The position numbers and the translations under genes are program-made. From the human T2T-CHM13v2.0 reference genome, Homo sapiens, in NCBI RefSeq assembly GCF_009914755.1, contig NC_060928.1: 64,000 bases of DNA, one strand, 5' to 3'. The notes beneath the pieces were generated by a model that was not told the DNA's origin, did not search any database, and was given only the letters and a program-made list of their open reading frames with translations. This document shows, piece after piece, positions 13,471-28,002 of this stretch. How positions within the stretch are numbered: position 1 is the first letter of the stretch; each line of letters opens with the position of its first letter.

Positions 13471-14922
13471 AATTTGAATCAAAATATATACAGAATTGGA
13501 ACTAAAATTGTGTTAAATCTGGCCATGTTTTTAGACAAACTCAAGAATTCCGGGGGAGAAATTCATGTAATTGGTGTGTTTTGACACTTTAGATACTGCA
13601 TTATTAACTTTATGAATGTCAGGTATGGCCCTTTGTACAGTAGCTATTTTAAATGTGCAGGTTATAAATATTTGGTCTGATAGCTAAAAAATGGAAGACT
13701 TAGAAGTAGAAGATTATGCCCTATATCTCATGGTGGCCAAAGGCATGTTGATTGTGTATCTAATCAAAATTTTTATTTGAAAAATTCTTGTTTTCACCAT
13801 GAGAGGTTTGGGTTTAAGTATTTGTGAAGTAGTAAAATATTTTACATGGTAAGCATCTAGGGTAGTGTCAACTGAATACATAGAAAGCATCACAAAAGCC
13901 TTTAGGCTCTTTATATTAGAAGTCAGTTATCAGTGAGATGGACGGGAGAAGGAAAGGAAAAGGTGCTTAGATAAACCCCTAAAGTAAAGTATCAGGCCTT
14001 GATTGATTGCTAATATGCTTTTCAGTTTATAGCAACATTTGTTTTGTTTTTTAAAAAAGTTTTGTAAGCTATTTGGCTGCACTGCATTGACTTGGCTTAG
14101 TTTGATTTAACAGGTTTGTCAATGCCTCACTAGGTGGATTCAAACAGATAAAACGTAAACCAGAAAATAAGGATATGGTTGCCTTGTCTTATGGAATGAG
14201 AACAACAGGACTGGGCCATGCCAAAATCATGCTTCTTTCTCTAGACTCATTATAAGTTGTGAAGTGGCATGATGCAATGTGAATGTCCGGACAAGTATCC
14301 CTTTTGTTGTTCTCAAGGGGGTTATGTCCTGGATTTGTTCCTTTGCAAACTCTTTACAGTTTACATAGCTGGAGAGACTCAATGCCTTGGCAGCAGCACC
14401 AGGTTTTATCTGTGGGTTTGCCCTCTTAGAGCGGCAGGCAGTTAGTATATGTATCAACTGTGTTCTTTTTGCCTGTTGTTACTCTATGTTATCACTTGTT
14501 TCTTTTAATGACATGAGAAAATAATAATTTAGATGACTATTGGCCTTTCTGAAAGAGAAACAAGAAAAAAGCTCCCCTGGATTTCTCCTGCCCTTCTTGA
14601 TCTTCCCTTTAACACACTGTTCTCCTGTCGAGAATGTGCAATCACTGATTTGATTACATTTTTAAGTATTTGGGCATTTGCTACTGAAAATACTGGGTGG
14701 GGGTGATAATGTCACACATCTTCCTGATGACTGCAAAACAAGAAAAGAAAGCATGCATGTTCTCCAGGCTTCTTCTGGGTCGTTTTGTTTTGGACACATT
14801 GCTATTGTACCATCAGTACTTTGGTGAGTAGCAGAATTAGAGTCATCTTGTGGAGAAATTGAGGAAATCATTAAGTATTAATAAGGATTACTGTACTACT
14901 ATGACAGATTTCTTTGTTTTAG

Positions 14923-15170
<248 letters not shown>

Positions 15171-15321
15171 TGACTGATACTTCTTCAGAATATGCAGTTG
15201 AGAAATTCAATAGCCAATAAACCCTAAGCCAAATGAATTCACTTTGTCAATATTCAAACAAATTTCTTCTGATTTCCTATTATATCTATAATCCAAAACT
15301 CACAGTTTAAAACCTGGTGAC

Positions 15322-16024
<703 letters not shown>

Positions 16025-16369
16025 TTTAATGCCTTAGCCATCTTTGATTCTATCACAAAGTTGAAAACTTCGTGACTTAATGTTCTGAAGCATCTGGGTT
16101 TCAGGCAGAGATTGACTTGCAACTTTCCTAAACACTGTTGTGAACCCAAAGAGAACAAATCCTTGAACATCTATACTAACCATTATTTGGACAAGAGTCA
16201 ATCCACTTTTTTCCTATAAAATACACCATGAGAGTCTTATTTTATTTAGAGTAATTAATTATCTAGATGTCTGTTACTCAGCAATTAGGGGCAGGATGAA
16301 GGACGATAGAAAAGAGAGGATATTTTGGAAGCAGACACTCTGGGCCTTGGATTAAAAGATTTCAGCAGC

Positions 16370-16722
<353 letters not shown>

Positions 16723-17059
16723 TGACATAGTATGATATTTAATTTTAATAATAATGATCTTGAATTTACAAAAATTTGTTTTTGTTTTTTATCATAAGAA
16801 GAATACAATATATTTTAGATAAAATTCAAAGAATAAAAAGTTTACTACTTGGGAGAGTAAATTCCAGTTATTTGGAAAATTGTACTATGTGTAGAAACTT
16901 AAGACATTATTAATAAATGAACTACTGAATTAACCAATTAGTTCTAAATAATATAAAATGTATATTTCTTGGGTAAATGATCATTTCTCTGCTCAGATAT
17001 GTAACATGGCTTCTGTTAATCTTGTGCATAAAAATCTAGCTTGCCGTTTCCTGAGTTTG

Positions 17060-17487
17060 CTGTAATAGTCGCCCAATAAGATGTCTACTTGGTTCACATC
17101 TATTCTCCCAGTGGCTGTATTACTTTCCTCTCTCTTTAACACATACTTTTTTATGAGGGGTCTTCTCACTTTCCTAGCCTAGCCACAGTGATTGGTCCAA
17201 GGGAGGGGGCATGTGACCATGGATAGTCTAATCAGAATCTTTCCCTAGGATTTTTTTCAAACAGGATCAAAGGAAGAGCTTTTCCCTGTTTAGTTGTGAA
17301 AATGTAGGGATGTGTGCCTGGAATCCCATTGGTTACGTCTCTAGCAGTCACAGAAACTACAATGTAGAAATGATAAGCTAGATTGAAAGAAATGGAAGTC
17401 CTTGGTTTGCTTTAATAAGCCAATAAATTCTGTGACCTATTTCAGTTTGTGGTTCTGTTTCTTGCATTCAAGAATCCTAGTTAATCC
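17060..17487 (+). mobile_element. Old ERVL-type LTR (LTR33/LTR16-like)
   Basis: gccacagtgattggtccaagggagggggcatgtgacc...aatcagaatctttccctagg; aataaattc near the 3' end. Confidence 0.55.
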
Positions 17488-17669
17488 TTTTCCTGTCGGC
17501 CATTTTACATTATTTCTTGTATTTATAGGCTGGATTGTGAATGTCATTACCCTAATTCCATAGTTGAAAAAGTTAGCCTTAAGGAGTAAGTACCTTGACT
17601 AACATCACATGGCTATTAAGTGGCAGAAATAGTAGTTAAAGCCAACCTCACTGATGTTAAGCTTATCCT

Positions 17670-18470
17670 CTTTTTTTTCTTCTTTTTAACAAAATCTTAG
17701 TGTATTTTTTTGTGTTAAAATATACATAATGTAAAACTTACCATGTAAACCATTTTTAAGCGTACAGTCCACTGGCATTAAGTACATTCACATTGTTGTG
17801 CAACTATTGATTTCCAGAACTTTTTCATCATCTGAAATGAAAACTCTGTACCCATTAAACAATAACTCCCATTCCTTTCCTTCCCAGACCCTAGTAATCA
17901 GGATCCTACTTTCTGTCTCTAACAATTTGACTACTCTAGGTATCTTATATAAGTAGAAACATATAATATTTGTACTTTGGTGTCTGGCTTACTTCATTTA
18001 GCATAACGTTTTCAAAGTGCATCCATGTCATGCCATGTGTGAGGATTTCCTTCCTTTTTAAGGCTGAATAATATTCCGTTGTATGTATCTGTTACATTTT
18101 GTTTATGCATTCATTCATTGATACACATTTGCGTTGTTTCCACCTTTTGGCTATTGTGAATAATGCTGATGTGAACATGGTTGAATGAACATTCTTTTCA
18201 AGTTCCCTGTCGTCAATTCTTTTGTGTGAAATTGTTGGATCATATGGTAAGTCTGTGTTTAATTTTTTTGGGGAATCTCTATACAGTTTTCTATAGTGGT
18301 TGTAACATTTTACATTCCTACTGACAGTGCAAGGGTTCTAGTTTCTCTGCATCCTCACAAACACTTGTTATTTTATCAGGTTTTTTGTTTTTGGTGAGGT
18401 TTTTTTTTGGTAATAGCCATCCTGATGGGTGTAAAGTGGTATCTCTTTGTGGTTTTTGATTTGCATTTGG
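17670..18470 (-). mobile_element. L1MB-type 3' end
   Basis: ggcattaagtacattcacattgttgtgcaac...ccttttggctattgtgaataatgctg. Confidence 0.85.
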
Positions 18471-18560
18471 AGCTCGTAACCTTTGTGTGTGGCAGTTCCT
18501 TGCTCCCTGAAATGTCCTCATCTGTTAATCTCTTCAGTTCAGCACATCAAATACTACTGA

Positions 18561-18972
<412 letters not shown>

Positions 18973-19776
18973 TACCCTTCTCTTAAATTCTGTTTGAAAT
19001 TCATCTCACCATTAAAGTCTTCTCAAAGTAACCCAGCCTAATCTAAGAACATTTTATTCCAGTATCCCTTAAGCATGAAGGAACAATTAGTATTGGACTG
19101 ATGTATATATTCTTTTGCATGTTTTCCAAGTGGGTTTATCCTACCCACTTTTAGATTATAAACACCTTGAGAAAATGGTTAGGTACCTTTCTGTGGCAGT
19201 CCCATTATACCTAATGTCCAGTGACCAATATGTAGTAGACAGTAATAAAAGTTATTGACATTTATAATGTCATTTTATTATTTTTCTGTCATAATATTTT
19301 CTCATGCTTATGTGGATGTCAAAAAGCAAGTTCTAGTTTCCTTATCTCCATTTCTGCTTCCTACTTACATGAAATTTCCTCTGTAGAACAGTTTGTGAAT
19401 GTGTTCTATTGGGACAAAGGTTTGGTTGTCCTCAGAGAAATAGACATTTAAATGCTCTATTTCCTTCCTAGCAGTGCTGCTGGGTTGGTCAGCAGATATT
19501 TATTCCAAATTCCAATTTTCAGACACAGCCATTTAAAAAAAAGATGCTTATATTGAAAAACATGAATATCAAACAGTGGCCCACCCTGAACAGTCCCAGA
19601 TCTGCTGGTCTGTTAGCCATGCTGCACTTCTCTTCCTCCACCCCCTCAAAAAAGAGAAACAAGTCTGAAGATGATCAGGCTTCCTGTTCTGTAGATTTTG
19701 AATTACTGTAATCAGGATCTCATGTCTGCAGCCACACAGCCAGCGGTGATCTCTCAGCCTGGGCACTTTCTATTTC

Positions 19777-19794
19777 AGTTGGTAATTACTCAGT

Positions 19795-19837
<43 letters not shown>

Positions 19838-19915
19838 AAAAATCACAGATAGGAGAATTGAGGACATAGTCTACTTGGTGCTGACTCTTTTGTGGGTGGG
19901 GAGGGTGGGGAAAAT
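19777..19915 (+). repeat. Direct repeat copy 1 (A38 tract plus G4 motif)
   Basis: Near-identical to 22069-22187 by direct comparison. Confidence 0.95.
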
Positions 19916-20399
19916 AGGGTACACTATCTGTAATTCTAGTTTTCCCCAGACCAAAGCAACTAGGCTGAATATAATAGGCCCTTTAATTTCCTCGCACCCA
20001 TTCAAAGGTGCTTCAATAAGAACAAGTGAAAAGACTCTGGAAGCCAGAAGATTGGTGATGGGGGAAGGGAGTGGTGCAGCAGAAGTAGCTCCTGGGAGGA
20101 CGGAAGATGTTAGCACAGCAGTATCACCAAAACGGAATTTTATATTCTTTAAAAACTGTGTGTGCATGTGTTTTAAGTTAAGGTTAACTTCAAATAATAA
20201 TTAAACACCAGTTGCTGGATCGTCTACTTAGTGCTTATCAAGAGAGTTTATTTACTGATCTGCTGAGACCAAAAGCAGCAGTTCCTCTGGTTAACATTTG
20301 CTAAGACAAATCCTTCCATTTGGGAAAGATTTCTTCCCTCCTTCCCTCTCTCCCTGATTTTTCTAGGTCTGGGAAAGCTGGTTTTATATTATGCAAAAG

Positions 20400-20830
20400 T
20401 GTGAATCGCACAGCCCAGAGTCACTGTCCCCTTTAAAGGGGGCTTTCTCTCTTGTCTTAAAAAACAGACCTCAGAAGGAGCCAGATGGTTCCCGTCTGCT
20501 GCCTTGAGTCAATGCACTTCCTCCCACAGACTGGAGCCCTTTTGCCCTCCTTCCTCCCCAGCTCCTCCCCACATTCTACCCCCCACCACTGGGCCTCCCT
20601 GTTTTGTCGCTAGAAATAATCTTTTATTGCCCAGTTGTTCGGAAGTGACCTTTTGCCCTTGATTAGATAGCACCAGGCTCCATCACCGGATTGCTTTTGA
20701 GCGGGCAGTTGCTTTTTTGTGTGGGCTGATCCGGTGTCAGGGAGAACAATGCAAGGCTTTGCAAAATTTTAGTATAGCTCAGGCCTCATGTGGAACAGGT
20801 GGGGGCGGGGAGACGCGGGGTTGAATAAAG
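20400..20830. promoter_or_regulatory. Candidate enhancer (unique, motif-dense)
   Basis: E-box CAGATG 20482, AP-1 TGAGTCA 20505, PU.1/ETS CACTTCCTC 20515, ETS CGGAAGTG 20640, DR2/NBRE TGACCTTTTGCCCT 20646-20659, SOX AACAATG ~20745, GC box ~20801; retained CpGs. Confidence 0.45.
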
Positions 20831-21440
20831 CAGCCCAGTGGATCCTGGTTGCAAAAATACATTTTCTTTAGTAAACTGAAAAACAAATGGCATTTTAAAA
20901 AATTCACTTGTACATATTTAACTCATTCCTTAATAACCATGTATTTCAGAGGAATAGAAGATTACTCCAGGGTTTCAGTATATATTATTTAAGCATACAA
21001 ATATTATTACAATTAAACTGACTTGAATATAACCTTACATTAGAATATTAATCAAATGGACTATTGAGTTTCTCACAGCAATTTTCCAGGTCTCAATTAT
21101 TTTAAGTAACAAATATAATAATAAAACATATAACAAAGAATGAGTTTAATTATTGAAAGCTAACTCATTTTTTATTTTAAAAATTAGGGAAAAATATTCA
21201 TGACTTTACATGCTTCCTAGGTAAAACGGTATTTGTGACTTTGTATCTTTCATAATAGTCCTTAAATTCTTTTGATTTAAAATTCTCAGGAATATCTGCC
21301 AGAACTAGTAGAGTGGGTGAGTTTGAAATTTTTGTTTTAACACCTTCAGTTTCACCCAGGAGATGAATATTCTGCTATACAGGCATAGCAGCATTTTGGG
21401 ATTCTTTTAAAAGTTTATTAACATTAACATCTAAAATTTT

Positions 21441-21730
21441 GGTCAGGTACGATGGCTCACACCTGTCATTTCAACACTTTGGGAGGCCAAGGTGGGAGGA
21501 TGGCTTGAGCCCAGGAGTTTGAGACCGGCCTGGGTAACCCTGTCTCTACAAAAAATAAAAAATTAGCTGGGCATGGTGGCACATGCCTGTAGTCTCAGCT
21601 ACTCAGGAGGCTGAGGCAGAAGGATTGCTTGAGCCTGGGAGGTTGAGGCTGCAGTGAGCAGTGTTTGCACCACTGCACTCCAGCCTAGACAACAAAATGA
21701 GACCCAGTCTCAAAATAAAATAAAATAAAA
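21441..21730 (+). mobile_element. AluJ
   Basis: Diverged dimer with (TAAAA)n tail. Confidence 0.88.
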
Positions 21731-21734
21731 ATTT

Positions 21735-21846
21735 GCTGAGGCAGGAGAATCGCTTGAACATGGGAGGCAGAGGTTGCAGTGAGATCGCGCCACTGCACTC
21801 CAGCCTGGGTGACAGAGAGTGAGACTCTGTCTCAAAAAAATAAAAA
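21735..21846 (+). mobile_element. 5'-truncated younger Alu inserted at the AluJ tail
   Basis: Right-arm 3' part; TSD aaataaaaatttg. Confidence 0.85.
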
Positions 21847-22068
21847 TTTGAAGTTTCTTAGTTCTCCATGTGAGGGGGAAAATGCCTACAGACCACGCAA
21901 CCCTAAATTTTTGTTGTAGGTAATACTTAATGCTAATGTCCACACTGTTTCTTAACTCTTGGCCTGCCAATTGTGGTGGCTTAAAATGAATTCTACCTTT
22001 CTGCTTTATTTCAGAAGTTCTGGTCCGTGTTTTGTTTCATAGGTTTGCAGTGTTGGGATGTAACAGAG

Positions 22069-22187
22069 AGTTGGTGATTACTCAGTAGTAAAAAAAAAAA
22101 AAAAAATTTAAAAATCACAGGTAGGAGAATTGAGGACATAGTCTACTTGGTACTGACTCTTTTGTGGGTGGGGAGGGTGGGGAAAAT
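22069..22187 (+). repeat. Direct repeat copy 2 (A17 tract plus G4 motif)
   Basis: Near-identical to 19777-19915. Confidence 0.95.
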
Positions 22188-22583
22188 CACAATTGTTTTC
22201 CAGTGTCACACAGGGGGGCTATATTTGCTACACAATGTGGAAAATATGTACATTAGCCTATACACAAAGGAAGTTAAAGATATAAATTGCAGAGTGAGTA
22301 TTACCAGCTCCATTTTAGAGATGAAGCAGCAGGAACTCACCATCATGTAAATGTTCTAGATGTACCCAAACCAAGTCCAAGGTTCCCAATGGCCTTGTTT
22401 CAATGCTTAAGAATGGTTGTTTTCATAAATATTATGCATGTGTGTATATCACAAAGAAAAATGATTGGTGTGCTCTACCTTTTCAATTTTAATTTGTGCT
22501 TTACTAGTTAACTATATTTCTCTCAAAAAATCAGCATGAAACATGCCAAATTTTCTAAAAATACTTTTGAGAATACAGTGATA

Positions 22584-22877
22584 GGCCAGGCACAGTGGCT
22601 CATGCCTGCAATGCCAGCACTTTGGGAGGCGAAGGCGAGTGGATCACCTGAGGTCGGGAGTTCGAGACCAGCCTGGCCAAGCAACATGGTGAAACCCCGT
22701 CTGTACTAAAAATACAAAAATTAGCCAGGTGTGGTGGTGGGCACCTGTAATCCCAGCTACTCGGGAGGCTGAGGCAGGAGAATAACTTGAACCTGGGAGG
22801 TGGAGGTTGCAATGAGCCATTACACTCCAGCCTGGGTGACAAGAGCAAAACTCCGTCTCAAAAAAAAAAAAAAAAAA
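22584..22877 (+). mobile_element. AluS
   Basis: Full dimer; TSD gaatacagtgata. Confidence 0.9.
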
Positions 22878-23437
22878 GAATACAGTGATACATAAATGTG
22901 TATATATATATACATCTACATCCATGTGTTTTAAAAGAGCAATGGATATTGTTGATCAATTATACTAACAGAGAAGGTAAAGAATTTGCTAGATTACTTG
23001 CTATTCAGTGGGTTTCCCTGGTTGAGCCTAGGAAATTGGGAAATGATCAAGGGAAGATCAATGTTCAGAGATCACTGAGTGAAATGAAAACATGCCATTC
23101 AAGCGTTGGTAGATTTCGTTTGGTTTCAATGCATCTTCCTGTTAGCAGGGGCGTACTTCTTTATGTCTCTGTAGGGCTGTGGTGTTAATGTGAGTGGTAG
23201 CAATTGAGTTTTGGAAAAATGCCAAAATGGTGTGGCATTCTTCTTCGACTTTTTTTTTTTTTTTTTTTTCAAACAAGGGTGTCCTTAGCTTTGGGACTGT
23301 TTTGAGAATCGGTCAGCCTGCATGGATGACAAGGGAGGACACTGGAAATCTCCTTTGGGGCTTTTGGGTGGGTAGCAATGAAAATACTGAATCTGTTTAT
23401 CTTTGTGACTTACAGACAACAGGAGACTGGGTCATAG

Positions 23438-23840
<403 letters not shown>

Positions 23841-24496
23841 CTTTATTTTCCTTAAACTCCTCCTTTCTGAAAATGCTTCTCTTTTTATTTCATGGGAATA
23901 TAGAATAGTAAATTCTTTATTAGAAGAATTTAGCTTATATATTAACTAAAAAAGAGTAGAGATAGGACTCTGGAGACCAAGATTCTTCTGTTGATCATTT
24001 CCAAAAGGGGCTAAAAACCTTCCCCTAATTTACTTGGTTATTAAAGCAGTTAGTTGGATGTATTGTATCATATTTCTGGCAACCACCACCACCAACAACA
24101 AAAAAGACAACAAACATGCAAACAAAAAACTATGTAGTTGTGATGCTCAAGTCAACAAACATTTATTAGCTTATTATTAGCATATTAGTATAGCAATGCT
24201 ATATAAAGTTTAAATATATGTTAAAAATGAAAATATATTCTTTTCTTGTCATGCCTAGGAAGCTAATTTTTTGCATACTTAAGATAGCAATGTCTACTTT
24301 TCACTTTTATAGGGAATGATATGTAAATACAAAACATAAAATTATTCTTTCACTGAAAAACATAATATAATAGTAAATTACCGATGAGGTTAATCTTAAA
24401 GAGAGCACAGAGGTGTGGTAATAAAAGGCCACAAAACCAATTTGATGATTATTATGTATATAATCACAAAAAATAATTAGAGTAAGCCAAAGTAGA

Positions 24497-24791
24497 TTTT
24501 TTTTTCTTTTGGAGACAGAGTCTTGCTTTTTCCCCCAGGCTGGAGTACCGTTGCATGATCTCGGCTCACCATCACCCCTGCCTCCTGGGTTCAAGAAATT
24601 CTCCTGCCTCAACCCCTGGAGTAGCTGGGATTACAGGCACGTGCCAGCACGCTTGGCTAATTTTTGTATTTTTGGTAGAGAAGGAGTTTCACTGTGTTGG
24701 CCAGGCTGGTCTCGAACTCTTGGCCTCAAGTGATCTGCTCGCCTCGACATGCCAAAGAATTGGGATTACATTACAGCCACAGCGCCTGGTC
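24497..24791 (-). mobile_element. AluS
   Basis: Antisense dimer. Confidence 0.88.
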
Positions 24792-24848
24792 AGATTCTTT
24801 TAATTAGGAAGACCATTAAAATATTTTCTTAAAAATTTATTGAAAGTT

Positions 24849-25107
24849 GATTGGGTGTGGTGGCTCACACCTGTAATCCCAGTGCTTTTGGAGGCTGAGA
24901 CGGGTGGATCACCTGAGGTCAAGAGTTCGAGACCAGCCTGGCCAACATGGCAAAACCCCATCTTTACTAAAACAACAAAATTAGCTGGGCGTGGTGGCAC
25001 TTTCCTGTAATCCTCGCTGCTTGGGAGGCTGAGGTAGGAGAATCGCTTGAACACAATAGGTGGAGGAGTGAAACTCCAACTCAAAATAATAATAATAAAT
25101 AAATAAA
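24849..25107 (+). mobile_element. AluS with right-arm deletion
   Basis: Sense Alu; ggtggagg joins directly to agtgaaactcc. Confidence 0.88.
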
Positions 25108-26475
25108 GCCATGGTAAACTATCATATGGCAATGGCTGTCTTCAGTTAACTGGATATTTGTTTTGTCATTAAATAAACAAGACATTTGTTGAATTATTAT
25201 ATTTGCCAATATTTACTAATATTTAATTTCACCTATGCCACCCTAAAATTTGAGTTTAATTCCCTTGACTGAAATGTGGCTCTCTGAAGTTCTTGAAATT
25301 CTTTTGCTGGCACAATCTCAGATCTCTTGGTCTTCAGGCATGTGACTTTGGTCCTACCAGCACCAGGGTCTCTGCCTCTTTATATAACTCAGCTCACACA
25401 TTCACAGGGGTCTTTCTTGAGCACTGTACTTTCTATAACCTATTAATGCTGATGACTTCCAAGTCCTGGTCCTTGTTCTTTGTCCTTTTCCTCTGCTACC
25501 CCTCCTTTGTGGTATTCACGACTAAAATTCACTACCTTCTTAATTAAAATCACTAAAATGTCTTTACTGCCTTGCCCCTCTGAGTGCCTTGTATCTTGTT
25601 CTGCAAGATGGTGCTGCTCAGATATTTTACTGGTGACTGAAAGAAAACATCCCTGAAATGAAACCTTATCTCCCATGAGAACCTATTCTAACCACTATCA
25701 TTGTTTATTGAGTGACTTTGCTAAGGGTATTCAATAACTTGCTGGGTAGAGGTCGAATTTTTAAAGAACGAATACAAACTTGTCAAATTGTTAATGAACC
25801 AGCCTCGAAAGATTGCGGTGGGCTTTGTAGGTGATAAAACCTAGGGATAGTGAAGGAAAGATAGCTCCTCTATGGAGCTTGTTCCAAGCTATGTCCTTTC
25901 ATCAAATGGAAAGAACACAAGATGGGGGTTGGGGGAATCAGATTTACTTTGTTCAAGCTCTGGTTGGACCACTGACCTTATAAAGTTCTCTGAATCTTAG
26001 TTTCCTGTTTGTCAAGGCTTTCACTTCCTAACTTTTGTGGTTAACATGAAAATGCCACGAAGTACTAAGCAGTATAAATAGAAGGTAATTATACTACAGT
26101 GATCATGTTGGGGATTTGTGGTTACTATAATCACAATGAGAACATACATACCAGGGTTGCAGTTAAGTGTTTATTTGCTTGTTCACTTGTTTATTGCCTT
26201 TCTCTCTCCTAAATTGTACATTCCATTAGGGTAATGACCATATTTGTTTTATTAATCATTGTAATCCTGTTATATGTTAGTTTCTGACTCTGGGAGGCAC
26301 TCTGCATGTAAGTATTATTTGGATGGATGGATGGAATATGATTAATAGCTTTAAGAATACTGGCTTTGTGAAGACTAAAGGGCTATCAGAAAATCCACGT
26401 GCCATGGCTTATGAACATTAATATTTATAGAATTTCCCAAAGCTTCACTTCAACTCTAAGTTCACTTAGAGATAA

Positions 26476-26854
<379 letters not shown>

Positions 26855-27722
26855 TAGAAATCTGTAGGGAGGAACCCAAAGGAGGCACTATTAGCTGCAA
26901 GCAGTGACAGCCAAACAATCTGAAAGCAAATTAGAACGTAGAAAAACTGCTGAAGAAACTAAAAAGTATGGCAGTCTGGAACCACTTAATACAAATTAAA
27001 TGCACTGATGTGTTCATAACAATTCTGTGAACTGTGTAATATCACATACATACATGGTGTTATGTAAGGGAAAAGCAGCCTACCTGCTCTGGGTCCTACA
27101 GCCATTGTAGTGAAATTGTGTAGGGATGGAGGCTCATGAGGAAATCTCTGAGCCATCAGGAAAATTAAATTATGTTCACTTTCCTTAACAAGGTAGGGAA
27201 GTGTGTAGGTCACTTTAGATTTAGATTTAGAAAGAGTTCTCTCAAAATATACAAAATTGAAATATCTTATTTCTGATACTACTAGATAAATGAGATACTA
27301 TTTTATTCACTAAACCAATGACCTTTAAAGATATATCCAAATCAACCAAACTCTAAAAAGTTAGGAAGTTACACTTGCTATACATTAAAACACCTTTAAG
27401 GTCTGCATATGTAGATGCTGAATAAATTAGAACAACAGTACTGTAGTAAAATAATGCGCCATTGTACTTAGTCAAGCTGGTAGGCTCCTTTATTGGCCTA
27501 AATTATTAAGATCTTATTTTTACCAGAACACTATATTCCTTTGGTATCTGAGTTATGCCTTAAATAATAAATTAGGTATTTAAGATGTTAATGTATTTTG
27601 GTGATGCTAGGCATTTGGGTTTCCATTGTCATAGGGAGAATGAGGTTTTATTTTTGTTTTTTTAGTCTGCTATTCACAAGTGGCAAATTTTGAGAGCTTA
27701 AAGTTGATTTTAAATTTCATTT

Positions 27723-28002
27723 GGCCTGGTCATGGCTCACTCCTGTAATCCCAATACTTTGGGAGACCAAAACCAGAGGATGGCTTGAGCTCAGGAATTT
27801 GAGACCAGTCTGGGCAATACATTGACTACAAAAAAAATTTTAAAATTAGCTGGGCATGGTGGTTCACACCTGTGGTCCCAGCTACTAGTGGGGCTGAGGT
27901 GGGAGGATCAGTTGAGCCCAGGAGATTGAGACTGCAGTGAGCCCTGATCACACCACTGCATTCCAGCCTGGGTGACAGAGCAAGACCCTGTCTTTAAAAA
28001 AA
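27723..28002 (+). mobile_element. AluJ
   Basis: Sense dimer; TSD aaatttcattt. Confidence 0.88.

Noticed and set aside
19798-19835. A38 tract as the tail of a processed pseudogene
   Set aside because: No upstream AATAAA, no recognisable mRNA and no TSD; the tract is internal to the duplicated cassette.
19875-22350. Two ORFs sharing the N-terminus MVLTLLWVGRVGKI (apparent paralogues with a signal peptide)
   Set aside because: A by-product of the duplicated cassette; both start at TTG rather than ATG and diverge right after the repeat.
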